Shown here: in pieces, positions 36,311 through 48,300 of the stretch
How positions within the stretch are numbered: the first letter of the stretch is position 1
Layout: every line of letters begins with the position of its first letter
NCBI GenBank assembly: GCA_044892505.1
Contig: CM097882.1
Span: 26,102,001 to 26,166,000 of the forward strand
DNA: 64,000 nt
Source of the DNA: Schmidtea nova
Lineage: Eukaryota
Direction: 5' to 3'
Translations under genes and position numbers: made by a program
The notes under the pieces: model-generated
What the model was told of the DNA's origin: nothing
The model's input: only the letters and a program-made list of their open reading frames with translations
Databases searched by the model: none

Positions 36311-39300
36311 TTGAGAAAAGGAGCAAAGAGTGTCGTAGTAAAGCCAACGGAAAAGAAAGTCGATAGCAACAGTAATAAAAAAGACAAAACTAGTACTACA
36401 ACAAAATCAACAAAAAAGCAGAAAGCCGGCAAAGATAACCCACAAGGGAGTAAATCGAGGAAAATAATAAGAGATAAATCGATTACCGAGAACGATAAAT
36501 TGTCAATAATAAGCAACAGCTCAAGTAACAAAGAAAACCAAGCCGAACCCAAGGAGAACCAAGCAAGTGAAACAGAGAGCGACGAAACTAACAACGATAA
36601 TATCGAAGAAGTAGAAAACGAGGTAGAACCAGAGATAGAAATCAACGCGAGTGATAACGAAAGTATAATATCAGATAACGAAGGAATAAGAGAAACAGAA
36701 AGCGATTCAAGCTCGAGTAAAACGGAAGACGAACATAACAACGAACTAGAAACAAGAGGAAACGAAAGTAAAATAACTCAAGACAGCGGAATTGAAATGG
36801 GTGAACCAAGAGAAGAAATAAAGGATAAATTTTCAGGAGAACCGTTCAACGGAGATGCGAGTAAATTAGAAACCTTTTTAAAAGAATTTGGCATATTCGT
36901 GGAAGTATGCAAATGGAAAGCTGAAACAACGGTAAGCAGAATACAGTTATACTTGAAAGATAGTGCATTGGACCTATATTTGGAAGCAAAAAATGGTACC
37001 AATCCACCTACAAGCTGGACAGCGATAAAGGATTTTTTCCAACAAACATTTGGAATAAATAAAGTGCTGAGCGAGGCATTCATAGAATTCTCAATGAGGA
37101 AACAAAAGATGAATGAATCTAATGCGGTATACGCGAGCGAACTGAAAAAATTAGCAAAATCGGTATTCAAGGATGGAGGTCCAATAAACGAGGAGTTAAT
37201 GGCAGCCATCTTCATAGGAGGATTAAGAAGACCCGACATAAGAGCACAAGTGGGATGTCAAGGATGCAAAACCATAGATCAAGCGTTAGAAACAGCTAAC
37301 CGATTTGAATTGCATATGATAGGAAGCGAAGGCAGAATTTATTTAGCCATGGACACAGCGCAAACAGAACCAGAAGTAAATCTCAACAATCATATTCCAA
37401 ATTCGCAACAATTAAACCGACCACCCCCTCAACGAAGGAATGAAGGAAATAAAGTGCAAAACTTTGGAAACCAAAACAACTACAACCCTCAAGGACAAAC
37501 AAAACAATGTAAAACATGCGGGAAGTTGGGACACTGGCAGCAAGAATGCTATCAAAATTTGAATTGCGGAAAATGTGGAGTCAAAGGACACTCGGAAAGC
37601 AGATGTTCTACAATAATCTGTTTTAATTGCGGACGACCTGGTCACTATTCAAGAAATTGCGGACAAAAAAGTAATCAGCGAGGAAACTGGCAGAGTAATG
37701 GGAACCGACCAAATTACGGAAATCAAGCAAATACCGTAAACCGACCAGATTATGGAAACCAACAAAACAACAATAACAATAATCAGAACAAAACCACCCC
37801 CAAAGAAATACATTTAATGCAAGAAGTCCAAAGATTGACGGAACTTATAAACAATACGACGAGAGGAAATCCGCAAACCAATCAACAGCAAATTAGCATG
37901 ATGAGAAAAATAGAAAGCGAAAACGAACGATTGAATCGAGAAAGTCAAGCACGACACGCTCAGGAATGGGCAAGAATACAAAGAGAGGATGAACAAAAAC
38001 AGCAAGAAAGAGAACGACAACCTCTAAGAATTAACATGCTAAGAGCAACAAACCAAACAGACACTCGCGAGAAAGAAACCACACTGGAAATGAATTCGAT
38101 AAACCCGAATCCAGCCGACAACGAAAGTCGAAAAGAAATAGTACAAAAAGATGAAGAAGTAGAAAAAGAAGCAGAAAAGGGAGAGGAAACCGAGATAAAC
38201 CAGGAAGAGAGAAGGAAAATTTGGAAAAAAGGAATGATGGTAATCATGCCCAACGACCATATGTTTCGATTCCAATATAACGCAAAAGAAAAGGTGGAAA
38301 TACTATTCAACAAAGTAAACCAGATGATTCCAGGAGTAACAAAGCTGCCCAGAGAAGCGTTCTTACAAATAGAGGGTGCACCATCAGTAAAATTGAAATT
38401 AACGGATATATGGGAAAACATGGGAGTAGTAGAAACAAAAAGAAATGTGATGAGAATTAAAGAAATAGAACCAGAAGAAATTCCACCACCAATACGTCAC
38501 GAAACCCGAATCCGGCGAATATTTGAAGGAAAAATGATAAGAAGACGTTTAAAAGAGATAGACGAGTTGGGAAAGAAAATGGAAAAAGTCAAAATAATAG
38601 AGGACAAGAGCGAACCAACACCAGAGATTGACAAAAACGAACCAGAACCAACGGAGAATATACAAGGAGAAACGAACCAAACAGCACATATTAATATGTT
38701 AAGAAATACCACCAGAGAGTTTTCCGATGAAGAAGAAGATAGTGATATCAGTAGCCTAGCAGGAGACATATTAAAGGAATCCGAAGACGAAAATAAAGAG
38801 ATGAAAGTAATAAAGACCTCAGAACCTACACAGATAAAAGTAGATGAAATCCAGAAATTACTAGATAACTCGCTAGAAGTAATATATAACGAAGAGTTCA
38901 TGGACAAGAAACAATATCGGAAATTCATGAAAGCATTACTACAAATGAACTACAAAGAATGGTTACAAGACCGGGAAGTAGACATGTTGAATCGATACGT
39001 AGGGAAATTAATAGAGGAACCACTCCTCAATTACACCATCTCAATAATAATAAATACGTCTACACCAAGAATCTGGATCAAAACTCCATTTACAGACGAT
39101 ATCTACAGATGGGTAGAGGATAGGCTAGGGAGCTCATATAGAAACAAATTCATCTATTCGCAGAATAGACTCGTAAAGAAAAGAACTCACTTAGTAGAAA
39201 CAGGTATATGGCCAGGAGAAATAACCCTGTTATCAATATGTGATGAAAAAGAAGAAGAGAACCTACAAGAAGTTGCAAGGGAAGCAAACGCGTGCTTCGA

Positions 39301-42300
39301 AAGGAGAATAAAACCTCGGTTAGAATACGAAAAAGAACGAGTCTTACGAAAGAATCTAAATTTCCTGATAGAACAAATCATACCACAAGTCAAAAAACAT
39401 AGAAAAGAATTAATGAGAAGCGAATACGAGAAATTGAAACGATGTATTGAGTGCATACGTGACACAAGCCACACGAGATGGTCACAGATCTCACACGACA
39501 AATTAATCGCAAAAATGGGAAAAACAATGTTCAGACAAGGGAAAATAACAGATCTAAAAATTTCAGTAGAATTACCTAATGAGGACACCAAAGAAATTGA
39601 AGTGGTAGCGGATTGCACCATTAAAGAATTAATAAATGTCATCAACGAGACACTAGTGCAAAGAGAACCAGAAGACGAATGGGAAGACGACATAATCATA
39701 CAATACAACGAACATGTATTATGGGATCACGATGAGAGACGATTATATAAAATCGGTATATGGGATAATCACCAAACAATCCACGTTAGCAGAATGGACG
39801 ATACACCCAGAGAAACTGCTAAAGATGAGAAAAGAGAACGGGAACGACGGAAAGAAGTTGTGCGCAAATTACAACAAATAGTAGATATCTATCGAAATTG
39901 GCGAATTTGGCCAGAATGGGAAAATGTATTAGAAGAACTCAATCTCAACAGACGAATACGAACACCCGTAGAAAAACAATGGAACGAGAAAGGAAAATGT
40001 TGGGAACCAAAAGAAGGGGAATACGAAGAAGAATATAAAAGAGGAATTGAAGATGACTGCGAACCAGAGATAGGAAGGGTTTGCATGGTGACAAGGAAAG
40101 CTACGCCAATAGACCTAGATGGACCAGAAACAGCGGCCATGTGGTTAGAAAGGGAAAAGCAAAAAACGGAAGAATTCGTCGAAATATTAAAAACTAATGC
40201 GCACGGTAAGAGAAAATTAATAAAGGGTCTCGCAGATTTTTTCGCGGTAAATGGGGAAGATATAACATGCTTGCGTAAAGTAGCAAAAGCAATCACGGAA
40301 TATAAAAGAGTTAACGAGTGGTGCCCGGAACAACTAGACCATGTAATTAGGAAATGGAGAAACCAAGAATTCTCGCAGGAAATTCCACAGAAAGTACATT
40401 TAAGAATAATATACCCAAACAAGGATAAGGAAGAGTTGTGGGTAGGAATAGCAGAAAAAATTCGAGATATTAAAAAGAAATTGAGATACGAACCACCATT
40501 CCATTTACAACACCAAGGACGATCATTAGATAACAGTTTGGAAATCGGAATAACGCCAGCACAATTAGACCTCATGAATACCTTGACAGTAGAAGCAATA
40601 GCGGGTCAACCATTGAAACGTAAAGAAGAAAACCATAAACTACACGGAAGTATAAGTACGCCAAGCCCGATGAAATCAGTACTAACACCAGGGACAAGTT
40701 CAAGACGATCTGAGACAACACCCAGAGGAACCAGAGAAAGAACTCCACCACAACCATACGACGTGGACGAAATTTTAACGGATAGCGACGATATGATAGA
40801 GGAATTAACCGAATTAACAAAGGAAAAAGAAGATAACATTTTCGAAAGAATACAAGAACTACCTACGACAATACAAGTAACCAACACCGGAGAAGCAGAA
40901 GTTGAAGAAGAAATAATAATAGAAGAAGTAAACGATTTGACAGAAGACGAAACGAGAGGAGCGAATGTCGAAAATGTACAATTAACGCAAGAAATGGAAA
41001 GATGGTTAGAGGAAAGAGCTAACGAACCAAGAGATGTCACGGAAGAAACCGGACGGGCAACAAGATTTGTGGAAACAGGGACAGGAATGGATAGACGACA
41101 TAGAGGTAGACCCAAGACAGACCCAGCGAATATAGTTGTAAGAAATAAAGACGAAAAGAGACAAGATCAATGGGAATTATGTTTAAGGAAATTAAATAAA
41201 ATTGCGGAGATGAAAGAAAAAGAGACAACACCAATATGTCAGGGGGAGGAATGGATATCGAAAATAATAATGGAAATATTGGCAATAATTGATCCGGAAT
41301 TAAGAAAATACTGGCGTATAACTGAGATAAGCGAAAAGGCGAAGTCACTACACAGCGCAATCGCACCCATCTTACCGGAATTCATAAAAGAAAAGACGAA
41401 GTCAAATCATTTAGACTGGCAAGGAACCACTACGTTAATAAAGAAATTGACAGAAGGAGCGGAAACAGATAATAAATACGTAATAGCCATCGCATACACG
41501 ATCTACAATCTGTTGACACTGAGTAGAGGTCGACCAAAACCCACTGCATTAGAGAGACATATAAAAAATACCGCAAAGATTATAGCTAGAGAAATAGAAC
41601 CTTACGTCATTAACATAGGAGGATGGGAAACATTTATAAAAGCTAACCAGAAGAAAACGCAAGCGAAGAATATGAAAAAGAAATTTGAAAAAATATTGGA
41701 AGAGTTAGAAAAAGAACAAGCAGGAACAGGAAACGCGAAGTCATCAATGAATCTGAGTGCTATCATAATGATGATGTTGATATGGATGATTAGCACCGAT
41801 AGCGCAACAGCATTCGAAGTGTTTGATTGCGACCAAATGAAGTTAGGAGAAAAGTATTCATTGAGAGGTACGGAGCAATGCAAAGATGCGACTCCAGTAG
41901 AGTTGCAGAAGATTAAAAAAGAACAATGGTACCACGTGTATCAAGAAGCAGAACTCATAAAGACAATGGTGAATGAATGTAAAGTGCAGAAGACGAGATT
42001 CGCATTCTACTGCGGGAGAGGACATTATTCAGCAATTGTCATGCCAGGAACGGAAAGAGAACCAATCGTGTTACAAGGAGAAGACTGCGAAGCACTGTTT
42101 AAACATGGAGAAGTAACAACAAGAGATAAAATCAAGATAAGAGGAAAGCCAGGAATGATGATGCAACAAACCTACTATGTAGCAGGACGGATTACGGGAG
42201 GAGAAGGATATTGTCAAGGAGAAACCTACCCGATATTCGGAGTACCCGCAACCAACCTAGTAGTAATGGATACGTATATAGTCGAATTAAAAAGCTATGA

Positions 42301-45300
42301 AGCATTCTTCGAACCAACAACGGGAGAAATGAAAACGTTACCCATGTGTAAAATCGACAGGAGCATGTGTCAAACGGGAATGTCAACATTAGTATACAAA
42401 CCAAAGGTGAACGAATGTCAATTACAACTGCTACAAGGAGCACAGTTCGACGAAATCCAAGGAAAAACGTTTCAGGAAGAAGACGACGACGACAAAGCTA
42501 GAGCAAAGCATCTCAAGGAAGCTTTAGAGAATAAAAGACAACTGAAACCAGATCATAGAGAAAAACGAATAGAGATGAGAGCCACACCAACAGTGTTGAT
42601 AACCACAAATCAAGATGTGGGAATGAGATTCATAAAAGGGAAAGCAACCCTTAAGTGTAGTACAACGGTATACGAAACGAATTACCCAGGAATATATGTG
42701 TCAAAACAAGAAGTGCCAAATGCGAAACCCAAAATCGACACAATGGATATCAAACTACACTTGTATGTGAATAATAAAATGGATTTCCTATTCCATAGAG
42801 GACAAGCCTCATTACAAAAAGTGTACTACGATCTAATAAATAATGATTGTATACTAAATCGAGAAATACTAAAGACAAAATTGGCCGTAGCAATTACGAA
42901 TCCCGATAGCGCGATGCCATTATTACCACTGAGAGAAGGACATTTCGGAAGAGTGGTTGGAGAAGCAATGTATGTATACATCTGCGAAAAGACACACGCA
43001 TCGCTAGCAGCAACAACACAGTTGAAACCTGGAACCTGTACAAATGAGTTAGAAATCGATTACAAAGGAAAAGTACGATACGTTCAACCAGTGACGAGAA
43101 TCATCAATCCACCAGGGTTTGAACCAAATCCATTCAACTGTAGTAATGCGTATGGACCGCTTTATCAGAAACCAGATGGTAAATGGGTTATGTTCCCAGG
43201 AAGATCCGAAGTGATAGCACCAAGAGAATTCGAGCTAATGCAGTTGTCAAAGGATAGGCAATTCAGCGACGTGGATGTCTCAAACAATGGAATATATAGC
43301 CCAAAGGATTTAGAAGCAGCAAGGCAGAATATATTATTCCCAGCGAGAAGAGAAGCATTACTGTCAAATATCGTAACGATAACAGGAGGAACGGATTATC
43401 GAGAAGGACCGAATTATGAACTATTGTTGTCACCAGCACATTTCAAAAAAGCCACAGAAAACATGATGAAAGCAATGTGGGGAAGATTTCTGATATTCGG
43501 ACAAATGATGGCTGGAATACTGGGGGTTATATTAATCATCCAAATCGTCAGAGTAATAATAACACAAATGTTAGCATGTTTTGACATCTACAAGAGAGAA
43601 AAGAAAGTGAATTGGAAAATGGTAGTAGGATTTTTACCATTCCTTGCGAAAACGATGGTGTTACACGGTCACTCAAAAGATATCCACCGAATAAAAAGAC
43701 TCCTGAAGATATTAGCAAAAATGAAGGGAACAGATGAAGAAGTAGGACGCAAATTTAAAAAGATAATGAACGACGAACAAGCAAGACAACAGCTCAAGAG
43801 AGAAAGAAAAGGTTTATGGGAGAGGATGAAAGGATATAAAACCCAAAATGATTCGAGTGACGACGATGATGACGATGACGACTATAAGGGAGGACAAGTG
43901 TATAAGAACCAAGCACCACAATACATCGAAAAGAATCCAGCCGACGCATGGAAATGTTACGCACCTCCACCAACCATGTATCAAGAACCACTACAAGGAG
44001 GAAAAAATAGCACGATGCAAATGATGCCAATGACAAATGTATATCCCATGATACCAGAAGATTATAAAATGAGAAGATGTAGAAGCGTAGATCCACAAGG
44101 AGATACACACACGATCGCAGTAATGTCATCAAACACAGGTGCAGTATTAACCACGACAATAGAGATTAACGGAAGGGAAATCGAAGCAATGATCGACACG
44201 GGAGCAAACATTTCCGCCATCGACATCAAATGGATACCACAAGAGCAAAGACGAGAAATAGAAAGGACAAACGTCCATGTAATTGCATGTAGCAAAGAAG
44301 TTGTAGAAGTAGCAGGAAGATGGTGGGTAAAAATACGCCATTTAAACACGGAAATCGATACGTACGTAGCTGTCATACCAGCATTAAGCGTACCTTGCAT
44401 TATCGGAACAGATTTGATGCCAGCACTATTTAAAGAGATTGTAATCGATCTCGGAACAATGAGACTAAAAGATCGCACAGGACAAATATGCGCAATAGAA
44501 GCCAAAGTGACAAGTTCAAAGCAAATGATAATACCCGCAAGAAAGGAGAAAATATGTTACGTAAAAATAGATCCGACAATCCAAGGGGATATGATTTTCG
44601 AACCAAGTAAGAGATTCGAGAAAAGAAAAGCGTTGCCAATGGCAAGAGGACTAGTTAACATAAACGATGATGGAGAAATCCCAATAAACGTAGTAAACTT
44701 CGATGAAGAGGACAAAATAATATACGAAAACGAAAGATTAGGTAAATTAACCCCAATGATGGATATCGAACTGCCAATAGAAGGAGCAGAGAAAGATAAA
44801 GAACCAACCTGGAATATTGATAGTGAATTATTAAATGAGGATCAAAGGAAGCAGCTAGAAAAACTCCTGATAGAGTATAAGGATATATTTGCAGCATCCG
44901 ATTTAGATCTAGGAACATGTGATGTCACACTACATACAATACCATTAACAGATGAAACACCAATTGCATTAAGGCCGTACAAATTAGCGGAAGCACAGAA
45001 AGCAGTAGCAGAAGCAGAAGTGAAGAAAATGTTGGATGCAGAAGTAATCGAACCAAGTTGTTCACCCTGGCAATTTCCAGTGGTAATGGTAAAGAAAAAA
45101 GACGGAACACAGAGATTCTGTATAGATTACCGAAGATTGAATACAGTGACAAAAAGAGATACTTACCCATTACCGGACATCAATGAAATGTTATTAACCT
45201 TACAGGGAGCAGCATATTTTACGTCGTTAGATCTGAAAAGCGGATATTGGCAAATAAAAATGAAGGAAGAAGATAAAGAGAAAACTGCCTTTACCATCGG

Positions 45301-48300
45301 TAGAGACCTATATCAATTTCGAAAGATGCCATTTGGATTAACGAACGCACCAGCATCATTTCAGAGATGCATGAATTTCGTCACCCACGGAATAAAGCAG
45401 TGCATGGTCTACATCGACGACTTATTGATTTACTCTAGTACATTCGAACAACACATACAGGATATTCGAGATGTATTCGTTAGACTTAGACAATGGAAGT
45501 TAAAACTCAAGCCATCAAAATGCGATTGGGCAAAAGAAAAGGTTACATTTTTAGGACATATAGTGTCAGCAAAAGGAAAAGAACCGGATCCTAGAAATAT
45601 CGACAAGGTAAAAGAATGTCCAGTACCAAAAACAATAACCCAAATACAAGAATTTCTCGGACTATGTGGATACTATAGAAAGTTTATAAAAGATTACGCT
45701 GATATCGCAAAGCCTATACAGGAACTGGTAAAGAAAGATGTATCCTTTATATGGGGAGATGAACAACAAACAGCCTTTGAAACATTGAGAGATAAACTGA
45801 TAACCGCACCCATATTAGTACACCCAGACTTTAAGAAGCCATTCTTACTTGCAACGGATGCAAGCGGATACGCAGCGGGAGCAGTATTAGGACAATACGA
45901 TGACGAAGGAAAAGAACGTGTAATCGGATATTATAGCCGGACATTCAAAAAGCATGAGAAAAATTACTCAGTAACAGAACGGGAAGCATTAGCGATTATA
46001 CTAGCAATAAAACATTTTAAATATTTATTATGGGGACACATCATCTGCATAACAACAGATCACCAACCGCTTGTATGGTTAGGACAGCACAAGGAAACAT
46101 CCAGTAGATTAATGCGATGGGCAATGCAGTTACAGGAGTACTCACCAGACATAAAATTTAAATCAGGAAAAGCGAATGCGAATGCAGATTGTATGTCAAG
46201 ACTGACATTTCCGGAATTAACCGATCCTGATGTACAACGAATTTGTGTGTTAATAGCGGAAGATTTGGATTTTAGTGAGTTAAAGAAGGATCAACAGGAA
46301 GACAAAGAATTAGGACAGATCATAGAGTTCCTAACATCTCGAAATAGGGAGATATTTAAGGATAATAAGGAATTAAAGGAACATATAGGAAAATATCAAC
46401 ATCGCTACATAATAAATAAAGGATGGTTATTAATACAAGACGGGGAAAAGAGATTGATGTGTTTACCGGAAAACAGAAGGAAAGAGATAATGATCCAATA
46501 CCATGATGGGAAATTGGGAGGTCATATGTCCGAGAAAAAGACCATAAATCGTATGAGACAAAAATATTATTGGCGAACAATGGAAGAAGATATAAAGGAA
46601 TGGATTAAAAATTGTCTAACTTGCGCAACCAGAAAGGATAGTGGGAAGAAATGGAAGAACCCACTACAACCAATGCCGATACCAGCAGAGCCAATGACAA
46701 CTATAGCAATGGACGTAATAGGACCATTACCAGAAAGTTTAAACGGAAATATTTATATATTGGTGATAACGGATTATCTGACGAAATTCCCGGAAGCATT
46801 TGCCATGCAAGACCAAAAAGCAAAAACCGTAGCAAAGATTCTAGTAGAAGACATATGTTGCAGATACGGAACTCCAAAACAAATACTCACAGACCAAGGA
46901 ACTAATTTTATGAGCGAGTTATTGAACGAGGTGACAAACTATTTCCGAATAGCAAAATTGAGAACTTCACCATATCACCCGCAAACGAATGGACAAACGG
47001 AGCGATTCAACGGCACATTGATTAGAATGTTATCAAACTACGTCAGCAGACACCAAACTGACTGGGATGAATACATAAAATTATGTTTAATGGCATACCG
47101 AATGTCGATACATGCAGCAACAAAACTAAGCCCATTTCAACTTATGTATGGAAGAGAATGCAACATGCCCATAGATTTAGAGTATCAGCCACCATTATCA
47201 CAATATATGGAAGACGACGACTACGTAACCAAATTCAAAGAAAGAATGCAGGAAATATGGAAAACGGCAGAACTCAACATTAAATTTTATCAGGAAAGTT
47301 ATAAGGACTTACACGACCAGAAGAAAAATGTTAAAGCGAACGATCTAAAACCAGGAGATTGGGTGATAATAGAAACTCCCGAAATAATACCAGGAACAGT
47401 TAAGAAACTCCAAAGACCTGGAAGAGGACCTTATGAAATTATATACAAAAAGGACAATAATGTCAAAGTTAAGCTAATAAATCGACCGTTAATACGACCC
47501 ATATATGTAAACACCTGCAGATGTAAGAAGGTGCCTAAAACGATAACTACAACACCAGAAAATCGAATAATAACTAGATCACAAACAGCCAGGATAAATA
47601 TGCTCAGAGCTAATGTAACTGAAGACGACAAAGCAGAAATAAGGCAAAAGGAAATCAGAAATAAAGAAATCATATTGAAGGCGAGAGAGATAATGGGAAG
47701 ATGGCATGTTAGAGACGAAGCAGGCATATCAAGGGATATTAGACATATGATTAGCCGTTACGCACAAGGATTACCAACCGAACCAATTATTTCTGAATTA
47801 TTGGAAAAAATCCCTGAAATACTCTTATTGAAAGATGTAGGAGGACAACCAGCCTTACATAATGCGATAGAGTGTAAAAACATGGAAAGAGCAAAAGAAT
47901 TCCTAAAAATCGCAAAAGAAACAAACCAAAACTTAGACGTAGGGAATCGGGAACAAGAAACTCCATTAATGACAGCCGCAATCCACCAAGCAGATAAAGA
48001 AATGATAGATCTATTGATAAAAGCTCATTTCAGTTGGACAGAAAGAGATAGAGAGGACAAAACAGTGCTAAATCACGTAATATGGAGTTCTCACCAACCA
48101 ATGCTGAAATACATAATAGCTAACTCCACTTGGGAGATAGACGAACTAGTTAAAGGAGATATTATCAAAGAGGCAATCAAAGTCGGTAAATGCAACACGA
48201 TCCGTAAGTTAATCAAATGGAAACGACCAGAAGATGATACATGGGTCCTAGACATAAACGAAGTATACAGCGAAGGACAAAACGCACTGTTAAGATACCT

